A stretch of DNA of 64,000 bases from Ptychomitrium polyphyllum (GCA_973851085.1 OZ316776.1:12338001-12402000); one strand, 5' to 3'. Shown: positions 1 through 19,006, counted from the first letter of the stretch. A program made the numbers and translations. The notes: generated from the sequence alone by a model not told the origin.

Positions 1-1845
1 TTAAATATACGTATGTCTCAATTGAAATAAATAATCAATCTTTGATGGAATCTTTATTAGTCAATGAATCATATGGGTAATATAAAAAGAAATCATACAT
101 ATATTTTCATGCAAAATATGATTCCAAACTATTTGTGAAAATACAAAGGTTTTACTAGTTACAACTTTAAGTTTGTGATGTATAATTATATTAATGTTTT
201 ATTGGTTATACATCATGTCAAAGACAAAATTCAAACTAAAGTTAATGTACAATAGTACTTCATTGTCTTATCAGAAATGGACAAGCTTCTCCATGTGAAG
301 GCTTTATTGCAACGTACACCATGTCAGTTTCAAAAATAGTTTTTTACATGCAATATGACTTCATTGAAAATAATGATGTTCCTACACATGTAGACTTTGT
401 CTACCAAGGCTAGGGCCAAACCATGTATTACTGACTAAAAGAGTACATGGAAAATGACTTCATTAAAGTTATATATATTTATCCATGTGCTAACTAGGAC
501 ACTATGTCAGAAATTGCTAGAGTTTCCTAAGTAATTATGACTTGATTGAAGATTAATAAACAATTCCATCTGAAGGCTTTATTGAACAAGTCATCACTAT
601 ATTGAAAAACAATCTAGTATCCAATATAACATTGTATAAGTAATTTCGTATACTACATAATAGAAGAAAATATAAATAAATTGTTAATAATTAATTCGTC
701 AGACCTGGACAAATTTATTCAAAATGTTAGCAAAAATGAAATATGATTTATGAAATATGAAATATGATTTAATCATTAATATTATTGGACATGTTTAGAA
801 ACTTTTCTTTAAATAAAAATCAATAGAGCAATAAAGCTATAATAGATAATATTTTTAAGCCTTACAAACTTAATATTCAAAGACATTTGATTTAGATTTT
901 GAAGTAATCCTATAAAAATAAATTAATGAACAATAATTGTTGCAATAAGTAATGATATAAAAATAATTAAACTTGGTATTATATATAAAACGTTATAATG
1001 TTAAATTACAATTCAACAATATATACTATTTGATACGAGATTTTAATGTAAGGTATGTTTTATTATGCACAATTGATAAATAATTAATTAAAAGTTACAT
1101 ACATGCCATATACTACTCTTTAATAATCAAAAATCATGTAGAATGGATATAAAAAATATAATATAAATTGTATCCTAAATATGAAGCAACTAAAACAAAT
1201 TTATCCAAAACTTATTTCTACCTACATACATGAATGATCATCAAGTTTTTTAATTTAGTGCATTTCAACATTAAAATAATGTCTAAATGATACATCTTTT
1301 CGACCATTAATGTTATGAAACTTTGAATTATGCCATATTAACAAAGCAAAACAAAAAAAAGCCTAAACAACACAAAGAGAAGTCTACAGCAAACAAGGAA
1401 AAGGCCTAAACCAAGAGAAAATGAAACCTAAACTAGACATGGAGAAAGCTTAAAGCAAACACGGGCACAGAATTGATGTGATAGCCAGAAAAGTTAAAAG
1501 TAAAAGCTCCAAGCAACAGACTTGATGCCGCGAAGGGTGGGTCACTTGAAGCGGGACCGCGTGAGCGCAAAACAGTAAAAGTGAAAGGCAAGCACCAGCA
1601 CATCGTAATTAGGCGTGGGCGTTGCCATTGCCATTGCCAGCCTGCAATCAAGTAGGGTGCCAGTGGGAGACGGGACGGTGAAGGCAAGTTAAAAGGAAGC
1701 CAAGGGCATTGGCACACAGATACATTCTAGGTTTGCTTGCTGTCCTCACCTCGTTTCCGTTGTCCTTCACCCCTCGTTCCATTCTGTTTGCACACACACA
1801 CAACCAGTGAGAGAAAGGCGGTGCACTACCCTGTATTCTATCTTT

Positions 1846-3942
1846 CCTGCATCGCAATCTCGCTTGCGTGCAACGCGAATTTGGTGGTGGAGGTGGGGCG
1901 AGTGATTTGGCGAGTTGCAGGGTTGGGCGAGAGAGGTGTGGCGGAGGGAAGGGCGGAGGGGAGGGGCGGAGGCTAGGTTTGGGGGGATCGGCCTCGGGGG
2001 GCGCGGCGATGGCGGACAACCAGGCGAGCCTGCTGCTGCGGAAGCAGCTGAAGGATTTGGCGAGGAATCCCGTGGACGGGTTCAGCGCGGGGCTGGTGGA
2101 CGACAGCAGCGTGTTCGAGTGGAACGTGACCATCATCGGGCCGCCGGAGACGCTGTACGAGGGCGGGTTCTTCAACGCCATCATGAGCTTTCCGCCGGAT
2201 TACCCCAACAGCCCGCCGTCGGTGCGGTTCACGTCGGAGATGTGGCACCCGAACGTGTATCCGGACGGGCGCGTGTGCATCTCGATCCTGCACGCGCCCG
2301 GGGACGACCCCAATGGGTACGAGCTGGCGAGCGAGCGGTGGTCGCCGGTGCACACGGTGGAGACGATCCTGCTGAGCATCATCGCCATGCTGTCGAACCC
2401 GAACGACGAGTCGCCGGCGAATGTGGACGCGGCGAAGGAGTGGCGGGAGACGAGGGAGGAGTTCCAGCGCAAGGTGAGGAGGATCGTGAGGCGCTCGCAG
2501 GAATTCATGTGAGCGGGCGCCGGAGCAGCAGCTGGAGGGGCGGGCGCGCCCTTCCGGTGACGGAGCGTGAGGGCGTGGAGCGACAGCTGCGCGCGCTCGT
2601 ACAGCTGCGGTATGCGCAGCTGCATGACAATTTTTTTCTTTCAGGAGCGATCCGAGGAGCGTGTGGGCGTTTGGCGGGTATGTTGTAGTGGATTGACAGC
2701 GTAGGGATTAAACCCATGTAAAGATTACTATGCACAGGAGCTTATGAGGGTCCGCACGAGGAGTTGGATTGCATGTGTGTAATAAGACGGGCGATGTCGC
2801 ACAGTACAGACTAGAGGTGCGCCCCGGCTTCGGGGCAGGCAGTGGGGGGGGGGGGGGGAGGAGAAGGAGAGGAGGGAGAGGGGAGGGTGGATGAGCACAC
2901 ACGAGTAGTCTTGCTATTCATATGAGTCCACCTGTCGGAGACAGTCCTGTGGTCAGGAATTTTCAGCCATGTAAACGCGGAGATGATGATGATGATGATG
3001 AGCATGGGTGGCGAAGCCCCAGTTTCTGTGATATTTGTGGTCGTGGGGAATGTCGGTGTCGGGGATTGGTCGGGCGGCGTGCATGTGGAGAGGGCGGTAC
3101 TCTCCGGTGGAGGTACTGCAGGTCGAGAGGATGTGGTGCGAGTGTTGCATTTGTGAATGTGAATGTGAGCGGTGAGCGACGTGAAGTCCGGGTGGGTGGT
3201 GTATGCGGGGGGGCATTGTGGGAGGCGGGCGAACGGGTGGGAGTAGGGCAGGGGGCGCAGGAGTGGCGGAGGCGGAGGTGTGGGGCGGGCAGCCCCGCAG
3301 GGCAGGCCGTATGGAGTGACGTCCGGGGGGGGGGTGGGAGCGAGTCGCATCAGCTGCGATCTTGTTGGGGGCTGCGGTCGTGGTGCGGTGTGATGTGTGG
3401 TTTCGCATGGGTCGCGTGCTGCGTTAGGGATTGGCGAGGGATGTAGCGAGAGAGGGATCGGAGCGAGTAGGTGGATTGCATGGATGTTTGCGCCTGTGAG
3501 AGTGGCACGGTTGTCCGTGTGCGCGGGAGTGAGGCACGGGTGTGGGCGGAAGCGGGAGCATTGCGAAGGGTGCGGATACGGTTCGGTCATGCATCGATCC
3601 GTTTGCAGCATTGTGTATGCATCGCGTAGGAGGCCGGAGGTTTAGAAGCACGGCACACGGGAGGTGGAGGGTGAGGTCGGTCAGGGGGGCACGAGCGGGC
3701 TAGCGTATAGAGGTGCTAGGCGGCTGTGAATTCGGGCGATGCTGTGAGTGGTGGATGCTGGCAACGGTCAGGCGAGGGCGTTGGGTCGAGCAGCGTTGTA
3801 GTGTGTTCAGTGGTGTGTGGACAACGAAGTGCTGGAAGTGTGTAGTCGGTGGCGCTTGGGTTGGGGAATGAGTCCCGGCCGGCGAAGGATGGTTGTTGCA
3901 TGGGAGGGTGACTGTTGAGAGTTGGGGTGCTGGTTGAAGCTA
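1846..3942 (+). repeat. Left arm of ~2.1-kb inverted duplication (partner 11896-13993)
   Basis: Reverse complement of 11896-13993. Only differences seen: T/C at 2260 (synonymous), G/T at 3842, poly-G 15 vs 17 near 2844, and one extra C near 3324. Confidence 0.95.
2009..2512 (+). CDS. UBC7: Ubiquitin-conjugating enzyme E2, UBC7/13/14 (UBE2G1/Cdc34-type), copy 1, intronless, 167 aa
   Basis: MADNQASLLLRKQLKDL...HPNVYPDGRVCISILH (HPN motif and catalytic Cys), followed by the acidic loop insertion APGDDPNGYELASERWSP typical of UBE2G1/Cdc34-type E2s. ATG at 2009, TGA ends at 2512. Confidence 0.95.
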   Translation: MADNQASLLLRKQLKDLARNPVDGFSAGLVDDSSVFEWNVTIIGPPETLYEGGFFNAIMSFPPDYPNSPPSVRFTSEMWHPNVYPDGRVCISILHAPGDDPNGYELASERWSPVHTVETILLSIIAMLSNPNDESPANVDAAKEWRETREEFQRKVRRIVRRSQEFM

Positions 3943-5642
3943 ATTGCAGTTTTGCGACTGTGCGTCAACCGTCGCTGAGGCATGCTTTATGGTTGCAGAG
4001 TTTTCAGCTTTTTTGATTGAGTTACATATAACAGTGGAGTCCACGGATGCAGGACTGTAGTTAGCGTCGATGTGTATTCTTGGATTATTTATGTAAGGTG
4101 GGGTCCCAGAAGTTTCAGAAAAGTGTCCTTGGAATCTGTAGATATGACTTGTCGCTCAAAAGTCGGAATCACCTGGTGCAAGTTTGAGCGTTGCGTTTAT
4201 TTCACGAAGTGGTGCCTTGTTAACTTTGATCAGCGCGTCAGTGAAGTTAGTGGATCTGATTGCATGGGGCAATTTGGAGGGTTGTGCACGAAGATGTTGA
4301 TTCTGTTCAGATTGGCATAGGGCGCGACGTTTGAGAGGATTGTGCTGATCCTAATCTGGCTCTTTGTCAGGGATGGTCTTGAATCGGGTTCCTGCAATAT
4401 TGATCTGGTATACACTTCCAGTGGCGTTGTAGGTGGGGCATGGGTCTGAGGCATCAGCATGGGCTTGGCCGTTGGCCACGACATGAGGAGGTGGTGTGAA
4501 CGAGACTGAGTTTCTTGTAGGAAACAGTGTAAACAGGAAATAATATAGAAAATAGTCCCTCAAAACATCTTATAACTATTTTATTATTTTGATACTTTAC
4601 CTTTATACACGATCATATATATGCTGGCTTAGTTGAATGGAAGTTAAAAATTGTTATCAAGTAATAAATTGCTTTTGAACGTAAATTTGGTCATTCTTGG
4701 ATTTTTTGTAACTTATCAGACAGTCGGCAGTGCGACCTGCGATACATGATGATAGTCATCCGAAAAATGGATGACATTCTCAACCACATGAGCTAAACCC
4801 TCCGCTTGCCGTAGCTGTGAACGACATATCTCTGAATCCCTAATCTTGCTGCAGCGACGCTTTCATTCGCGCACACCATGTTCGTGAGAGGAAACAATTT
4901 CTGAAACAACTTGCTCAAACCGCCTCCTAACGACGGGAGGCTTCGCAATGAATCCCGTAATTTTAACCATTTTGCACTCTACGAATGGGGCGAGGAGTCG
5001 CAGGGAAGTTATGAAGTCCAGTTTTAAATCGTTATAAAGGTGACAAATATATTATTCGCGGGTGATACCTGGAATATACCCGGTCTCTACTGATGTGATA
5101 CTCGGGCGAGGTATCACACTATTGCTGCGTTGTGTGCACAAAGTACGTTCAGAGTCGGAGGCACAGCGTTATCTGCATGATTCTCGCTTGAGTTAACGGG
5201 CCTTTGGGAGATCTCTAAGCTTCCGAGCTGCTCAATTTCCCGACGATTGAGATTCTCAGGTGAGGTTTGCGAAAGTTTCTTACATTTCTGTTACTGGTTT
5301 AGAGGTTTAGGTTACGGAGGAAGTGTACTCGCCTCTCTTAGTGTAGGCGCGGTAATGCTTGAATGCATGACACCAGAGTCGTGATGGTGCTCTTTTGATG
5401 TTGTAAGATTATCAGTTGTCAATCATGTAAAGGTGTTTTTCAACTGACATTGGACTATGACGAGCTCGTGGCGCTATTGAATCAAGCAATCGCAAGTGGA
5501 GTGTAACCAGTGAGGAGAGTTCTGTGCCAAACCGCATACGGACATTGTGATCGGATCGTTAGTCATTGATCCTCTTTGCCTGCGAGTTTTTGTTCCGGTA
5601 TTTTGAGACTAATAAGTCTCTGTGATGCTGACAACTCCAGCA

Positions 5643-10951
<5,309 letters not shown>

Positions 10952-11895
10952 GATTCTATTGTGAAGTAGCTGAACCTTTCTTGTAAGATGTACAGAGCCT
11001 TTGAAGCTTGTGATATTGTACGACGATCAAAGTAAAGCTCTTATCAGGGGCAGAAATGTATCAGGTGAATACAAATCCTTGGCAGGACAATCAGAAGCAA
11101 TGTGTCGCCTCAATAGAAATCTCCGTAGCAGTGTTTAATATACCCACATCCCGATGTACATATTTAATTTTCAGAAGAAAGTTAATTATACACAGAAACA
11201 CGAAGGTGAACAAGAATAAAGCAGGAAGTCGGGGAAGCGATCAGGTTGTTTCGAGTCATAATCGAGCCAGTATCAACAGCTGCACGTGCCACAAATGCCA
11301 GTGAAGGGCCATGCCCGTCAAAGTTGCTTTGCATCTACGGCCTTACGAAATCAGGAAACAAATTCCAATCTGTAACACTCGAGCAAATTTCGTCACACGA
11401 GTCCATGGCTGTCGGTACACCATACAAACCTGTACAGCAATCTGATCTCCATTTTTCAAAAAATGTCAATACCTTCTACTCGAAAGAACCTTTAATGTCT
11501 AAGACAAGATTGATCTAAAGTAAACAATCTACAACACCAAAAATATAATTAGCATGCAATTATACCCGTCTTATGATTAATATGCTATAACGTAGGGGAT
11601 TTCCGGCAAAAGACCTTCACCTGCATCTTCCTCTTCTCAAATTCATGCTTAGACCCTCACAGCAGCAACCGACACTTCTGCTCCCACAAATAAATCCGAA
11701 AAAGTAGCGACGTCTTCAAACCCGCTGAACTGCTAACTGCATGCAGGTAATCCAGGTAATCCCAACTGTACCCAATCCTATCAGAGACAACACTCCTCTG
11801 CAGAGAAATATCTTCCAAAACAGTCGTTCTTCCATACCTCATCCACACTATATCAATACCGCCAACTACAGTACTTGTATCCGCAGATCTGCCAA

Positions 11896-13993
11896 TAGCT
11901 TCAACCAGCACCCCAACTCTCAACAGTCACCCTCCCATGCAACAACCATCCTTCGCCGGCCGGGACTCATTCCCCAACCCAAGCGCCACCGACTAAACAC
12001 TTCCAGCACTTCGTTGTCCACACACCACTGAACACACTACAACGCTGCTCGACCCAACGCCCTCGCCTGACCGTTGCCAGCATCCACCACTCACAGCATC
12101 GCCCGAATTCACAGCCGCCTAGCACCTCTATACGCTAGCCCGCTCGTGCCCCCCTGACCGACCTCACCCTCCACCTCCCGTGTGCCGTGCTTCTAAACCT
12201 CCGGCCTCCTACGCGATGCATACACAATGCTGCAAACGGATCGATGCATGACCGAACCGTATCCGCACCCTTCGCAATGCTCCCGCTTCCGCCCACACCC
12301 GTGCCTCACTCCCGCGCACACGGACAACCGTGCCACTCTCACAGGCGCAAACATCCATGCAATCCACCTACTCGCTCCGATCCCTCTCTCGCTACATCCC
12401 TCGCCAATCCCTAACGCAGCACGCGACCCATGCGAAACCACACATCACACCGCACCACGACCGCAGCCCCCAACAAGATCGCAGCTGATGCGACTCGCTC
12501 CCACCCCCCCCCCGACGTCACTCCATACGGCCTGCCCTGCGGGGCTGCCCGCCCCACACCTCCGCCTCCGCCACTCCTGCGCCCCCTGCCCTACTCCCAC
12601 CCGTTCGCCCGCCTCCCACAATGCCCCCCCGCATACACCACCCACCCGGACTTCACGTCGCTCACCGCTCACATTCACATTCACAAATGCAACACTCGCA
12701 CCACATCCTCTCGACCTGCAGTACCTCCACCGGAGAGTACCGCCCTCTCCACATGCACGCCGCCCGACCAATCCCCGACACCGACATTCCCCACGACCAC
12801 AAATATCACAGAAACTGGGGCTTCGCCACCCATGCTCATCATCATCATCATCATCTCCGCGTTTACATGGCTGAAAATTCCTGACCACAGGACTGTCTCC
12901 GACAGGTGGACTCATATGAATAGCAAGACTACTCGTGTGTGCTCATCCACCCTCCCCTCTCCCTCCTCTCCTTCTCCTCCCCCCCCCCCCCCCCCACTGC
13001 CTGCCCCGAAGCCGGGGCGCACCTCTAGTCTGTACTGTGCGACATCGCCCGTCTTATTACACACATGCAATCCAACTCCTCGTGCGGACCCTCATAAGCT
13101 CCTGTGCATAGTAATCTTTACATGGGTTTAATCCCTACGCTGTCAATCCACTACAACATACCCGCCAAACGCCCACACGCTCCTCGGATCGCTCCTGAAA
13201 GAAAAAAATTGTCATGCAGCTGCGCATACCGCAGCTGTACGAGCGCGCGCAGCTGTCGCTCCACGCCCTCACGCTCCGTCACCGGAAGGGCGCGCCCGCC
13301 CCTCCAGCTGCTGCTCCGGCGCCCGCTCACATGAATTCCTGCGAGCGCCTCACGATCCTCCTCACCTTGCGCTGGAACTCCTCCCTCGTCTCCCGCCACT
13401 CCTTCGCCGCGTCCACATTCGCCGGCGACTCGTCGTTCGGGTTCGACAGCATGGCGATGATGCTCAGCAGGATCGTCTCCACCGTGTGCACCGGCGACCA
13501 CCGCTCGCTCGCCAGCTCGTACCCATTGGGGTCGTCCCCGGGCGCGTGCAGGATCGAGATGCACACGCGCCCGTCCGGGTACACGTTCGGGTGCCACATC
13601 TCCGACGTGAACCGCACCGACGGCGGGCTGTTGGGGTAATCCGGCGGAAAGCTCATGATGGCGTTGAAGAACCCGCCCTCGTACAGCGTCTCCGGCGGCC
13701 CGATGATGGTCACGTTCCACTCGAACACGCTGCTGTCGTCCACCAGCCCCGCGCTGAACCCGTCCACGGGATTCCTCGCCAAATCCTTCAGCTGCTTCCG
13801 CAGCAGCAGGCTCGCCTGGTTGTCCGCCATCGCCGCGCCCCCCGAGGCCGATCCCCCCAAACCTAGCCTCCGCCCCTCCCCTCCGCCCTTCCCTCCGCCA
13901 CACCTCTCTCGCCCAACCCTGCAACTCGCCAAATCACTCGCCCCACCTCCACCACCAAATTCGCGTTGCACGCAAGCGAGATTGCGATGCAGG
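11896..13993 (-). repeat. Right arm of ~2.1-kb inverted duplication (partner 1846-3942)
   Basis: Mirror-image ORF track. Paired coordinates sum to 15837-15839 throughout. Confidence 0.95.
13327..13830 (-). CDS. UBC7: Ubiquitin-conjugating enzyme E2, UBC7-type, copy 2 (protein identical to copy 1)
   Basis: Translation identical to 2009-2512. One synonymous TAT/TAC difference seen. Confidence 0.95.
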   Translation of the reverse strand: MADNQASLLLRKQLKDLARNPVDGFSAGLVDDSSVFEWNVTIIGPPETLYEGGFFNAIMSFPPDYPNSPPSVRFTSEMWHPNVYPDGRVCISILHAPGDDPNGYELASERWSPVHTVETILLSIIAMLSNPNDESPANVDAAKEWRETREEFQRKVRRIVRRSQEFM

Positions 13994-15813
13994 CACCTTC
14001 TGGTTCGCTCCCTGTAGAGAGAGACTTTCTGACAAGGGTTGGCGGGCGAGGGCTTGAAGGCCGTGACGGTGAGGAATGAGGCAAGGCAACATCAAAGTTA
14101 TGACATTCTGTTGGATTGGTGTGGTCAAGTTGGGTGGAACTTGGGGCTTACCAGATGAGAGGAAATGCTGTGAAACTTGGCCCCTCCTATTCGTTCGCTG
14201 AAGAACGTATAATATAAACTGTGTAAAGTTATAGCCTTTGGACCAGCCCTGCACAATAACTTTAGAGGTTATAGCTCTAGAGAGGTCAAACGCTGGGACC
14301 AAAATATTTTGTGATTTATAGAGGGTATAAGTTTACATGATATAATTTTAGAGAAATTATATTATAGTTGTTTCATAAGACTAAGTTAAGGAAGTGTCAA
14401 GATTGACTTGGATCAATGTTTTAGATTTTGTTTTGGATTCATATAGCAACTAATCTATGGGACATGAGAGGGTAAATACATTGAGAAATGTAGTGAAAAA
14501 TTATCCAACACTAGTAGTTAAAAGTGCATAAAATGGAACATGAATTTGAAAATGTAATGGATCCATTAATGGTATGTTCATGTATATGTAGTGTTAATCT
14601 AAGCTATGCATCTTTTAAAAATTTAGTTATTTATAAAAAAACATTTTTATATTATAAATTTGAAAACAAATATTGTTTCTGATTTCTGTATTGGAAAGTA
14701 AATGTTGTCTCCTAAATGATATGTAAATTCATCTTTAATTCTAATATTACTGCTCAATCATAAGATCTTCATAGACTATTAATTATTAATCTCATTATTT
14801 TGTACTTGGCAATGATGTTTGACCAAATTTTCTTTGCACTATTGTCTTTTTATGTTTTATAATGTATAAGTGGTTGATAGGTGCAAATATTAATAAAAAT
14901 CGTATTCATTTTTCCTTATAATTAGAATTTTTTAGTGTTTGTATCTATTGGTATTGCGTCCATAGTTAGCAAATAGGAATCTATTCGTTTTGCTTGCTTT
15001 AATTCAACCATGGCCTTTCATCAACTAACTTACTTTCACTTGTTGTTGCGTTATATTTGCCATAGGCTAAAGTCAATTTGATTTGCATTAGAATCCAAAG
15101 GATTCAAAATGTTGAAAGCAATTAAAAAATTATTCCATATTATAAATAGAGGTAAGAGAACAAACATGCCCACATATATATTGTTTAGATTCCAAATGAA
15201 TAAAATATGAGTTGTTTACTAAACATCATGTGATGAAGAATAAATGGCTAAAGAAAAGAAGTAATCTCTTTGTAATTGTTGTTGAAATGAAAAAGGCCTA
15301 AAGTACTATACAGTTGTAGGAACTATTCAAACCAAATGCCACTTGCATCCATGATGCACCTAGCTCTAGTTTGTCACCTTTAAAACACTATTGCAATTTT
15401 TATTGGAGCCTTATATATTTCTTGCTAATCAAAATGGTACTATTTCTACTATTCCATCCATCTACAATTGCGTATGTTTTTTTAAAAAGGTGTAATTTGT
15501 ATCTTAGTAATTTTAATCAACTTCATCTTTAAAATTGAAGGAAATAGGTCATGTCCCATTCCATACATTTTGATGAAATACTAAATATTTCCATTTCATA
15601 TTTAGTATTTAAACCTTCCCAATCTCATATGTTCTTTGTAATTTATTAATGTTTCTTCCAATTGATTGTTGATTCTATTTCTATTCATGCAAACCATCTA
15701 ATATTGGTTCTAATTAGTGTCCACCCTATTATGTTAGTAGTCATTACATTTGTAATATTGCCTAGTATATATTAACATTTGAAATGTATTAAATGCAAAA
15801 TCAATCACCATAA

Positions 15814-16519
15814 TGTCACGGACATAAATTATGCAACATAGTCCTTAGAACATTCTAGAACCTTCTAGTATACTAGAATAGTTTCTTAGAATACTTTTAG
15901 ATGTCTCTATAGCCTATTTTATGTTTTTAGGAAGCTTCCCAGGAAAGTTCCTCCACCTTAGGAAACTTCCTAGGAAGGTTCTATCATCTTAGGTTATTTC
16001 CTAGGAAACTTCCTAGGAAGCTTCCTTCACCTTAGGGAACTTCCTAGGAAGCTTCCATCACCTTAGGAAACTTCCTAGGAAGGTTCTACCTCTTCAGGAA
16101 ACTTCCTAAGAAGGTTCCGCTACCTTAGGAAACTTCCAAGGAAGGTTCCAACTCCTTGGAAGCTTCCAAAGAAGGTTCCAATTCCTTGGAAGCTACTTAG
16201 GAAGGTTCCAATTCCTTGGAAGCTACTTAGGAAGGTTCCAACATCTTAGGAAACTTCTTGGGAAGGTTCCTTAGACTTCCTGAACATTCTTAAGCCTTGT
16301 AGGAAGCTTCTTTAGAAGTATCATAGGAGATACAAACGTCCTAGTATAAATAGGAGGCAAGACAAGATATTCCTTAGTCTTGCCAACACAAGTTGTGGAT
16401 CATCTTGAATCCTACCTTGTTCTAGTCTTTGTATCAACTTCTTGTTAATCATTAGCTCTTTGGAAGCTAATTCTTGGGAAACACTTCGTTTCTGCTTCTT
16501 GTTTCTTGTGTTCCTAACA
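15814..16519 (+). mobile_element. Solo LTR of an LTR retrotransposon with 5-bp target-site duplication
   Basis: Begins TGTCAC (15814) and ends CTAACA (16519). Flanked by CATAA at 15809-15813 and 16520-16524. Contains TATAAATAGG at ~16346 and an internal tandem array. No adjacent gag/pol seen. Confidence 0.8.
15927..16275. repeat. Degenerate ~31-bp tandem array inside the solo LTR
   Basis: About ten units like TTAGGAAACTTCCTAGGAAGGTTCTATCATC, built on the palindrome TTCCTAGGAA. Confidence 0.85.
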
Positions 16520-17929
16520 CATAATGCCTTGCATACAAAAAAAAACTTTATTGCACTTGCTTCAAATTGGACAAAACATGGTTACAAGTTTTGCACGCGG
16601 ATGCAAGGTTTTGAAAAGTGTACATTGCTTTGCTACAACAATCCATCTCTTCTCTCTTCATGTTGCAATTTCTACTAAAATGTCTTTCCATATTCCTGTA
16701 AAAAGTTGTAATTTATAGTCTGGTTTTTAAAAATTTCTTGGTTACTATTAGAATTCCTACTTTCTTTGTCTTCATCTAAATTAAATTTGAAATTAACAAT
16801 CTTAATATTAATGCAAAACATTCATCTTTAAACAAGTTAAACAATTCATAGTCCTTCACATTTGATTTTTGCCATGGTACTGTAGTTTCATAAAATGAAC
16901 AAAATTGTAAGATTTAAAAAATGTAAAGTGAATGTAATGTAAAGTATGAATTGTAAACAAATTATTTTATGTCACCAAATACCTAAGAAAATAGCAATGA
17001 GCATTTTAGAACCTAATAAGAAAAGAATGTTAGTTTATTGAATGCTATCCAATTCAAATTGCAATTAATACACCACAAACCTACATTCTTTTTACAAAAT
17101 CAATATCTAAGTTGTAAACATTCTACTAATAGGTATTTTATTATGACAATATCTCGTTTATTTAGAAATGCATTCCATACATTGCCCAATCTAAGAGAAT
17201 TTTAATTCCAAAATTGCTAACATAACATTAGCCTACTTATAAATTAGAAGAAAATCCTTAATTTAAATTATTTTTATTTTTAAAAAGTTATAAAATTTAT
17301 TTTAATAATTGTGTAATATGGCTCCTATACATCCAACCTTTTTTCTACTTTTTTCTTCTTGATCCTCCATTTCACTCTTAAAAAGCCTAATTCTTAAAAC
17401 TGATTTGTTAATTTAGCCAAATTTCTAATAATTTACCTTTTACTTTATCCATGTTTAAATGGCATGTGTGTTTGTTTCAAATGATGGTTACTAAACTTTG
17501 TTGCTCTGGCTTTTCATTTAATTTTTATTTTCCTTTGAAATTTCCTCAATAACTTGTTTTTTGAGATGACTCTTGAATATGAGTGTTTTTTTTTTTTTAT
17601 TGGAATGTCCATATTATGATATTCTTTAGCAATGGAAAACTTCACACTTCAAAAACAATATATTATGAGTACCAAATTTGATTCTATAGTACATTAAGAA
17701 GAATGTTATGGTTTAGAAATGCATGTGTATTAATGTAGGTTGTTGTGATATATTTTAAAGGCATAGTTTTCCATCCTTGTATAGGACTTTTATTGATGTG
17801 AAATGTAATTCTTTTTTATCAACTATTTAATTTGATGTTCCTTTCTTTTGCTATCGCAAAAAGAATAAAATTATTTTACTGACATTATTGTAATATTAAT
17901 TTTGGAATTTTTTGAAGAACCTCTATGAT

Positions 17930-18150
17930 GTCAGGATGTGGTTGGAATGTCCCAAACCTTAGACCTCCTCAATGGTAGCCAAACTCTCCCTAACCAACCC
18001 TTGCTTTATCCTAGGTGTTCAAAAAAGTTTCAACCACTCCTCCAAACTAAGAATACTTTAATATTTATGTCTAAGATTATCAAGGATTATAATTAAAAGA
18101 AAGAACATCCTTTAAAAACACAAGGTCAAGGAGTTCTACTTAACAATGTT
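17930..18150 (+). repeat. Diverged dispersed repeat, copy 1 (similar to 55065-55295); probable non-autonomous TE remnant
   Basis: Shared colinear blocks TGTGGTTGGAA, GACCTC, TCCAAA(A)CTAAGAATA, TAAAA-CACAAG and TACT-AACAA. Confidence 0.6.
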
Positions 18151-19006
18151 ATTTAACAAGTAACTCTATTCTCTTAAGACATTATGGTTTCTCAAAAGTG
18201 TGTTATAATCAACATCATTATCACCAGATGGCACCTACCCTGTTAAACTTTGATGATCTTCCCTTAGTGCAAGATATCCGGCTGTTTGAAGGATTTCTAC
18301 GAGATTGTCATTGCATAGGAGATTCAGTGAGGCTTCAAGGGACTACAGTAGCCTTTATTTCATGCCACTTAGAAAATGGAGCGTTGTAAACCTCTTTCTT
18401 ACAAGCTTCGCTTTTAACACCTACTTAACTCAGTAGCCCCAAGAGACTCATAAAATGTGTCAATGACACATCAAGGACCACTAGCCTGTCATGAGTGAAA
18501 CAAGTGCATGTGCAATGAATTCTATGCAAATCAAGAATATGAAAGCCTAGGTAAGGGTGCTGGGTAAATCAAGTTCAACTTTCCTACTGTGAACACATCT
18601 TGCGGAGAAAATTGCTCTAGAAATTAATAGAGATCTAAATGCCCCTATGTTACACTTACATTTGTACATATACAAATCCAACCATAACCATTTTGTTTGA
18701 ATTTTATAGTAGCTTAAGAGTCGATACCTATAATGCAACTACGGAAAAAAAACATCAAACAGAATAAAAAGATCCACGGGATCCATAACCGGTGAAATTT
18801 GATCTACAAGAACTAAAGATTTTCTTCCAGCTCGTTGAGAATATAAGGCAGAATTTGTTCACAAAGACTAAGACATCAATTACCTCTGAACAAAACATTT
18901 CAGCAAGACTACCTGCCACTAAAGCCGTGGTGAGAACGACGTTCAGCAATCAATTTTCAGGACATTGGAATCGGCGTGCTAGTTAGACTATATAGCCTGC
19001 AGATAC

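Noticed and set aside
1868..2008. Gly-rich N-terminal extension of the E2 ORF (and its mirror 13831-13971)
   Set aside because: Starts at GTG and reflects the G-rich 5'UTR. Family homology begins at ATG 2009.
2708..3901. Long Pro-rich or Gly-rich ORFs in the duplicated arms (also 11741-13334)
   Set aside because: By-product of high GC. The frames differ between the two arms because of homopolymer indels, and no recognisable domains are present.
15927..16275. CRISPR-like or telomeric array
   Set aside because: No unique spacers, eukaryotic context, and not a TTTAGGG tandem array. Explained as an LTR-internal repeat.
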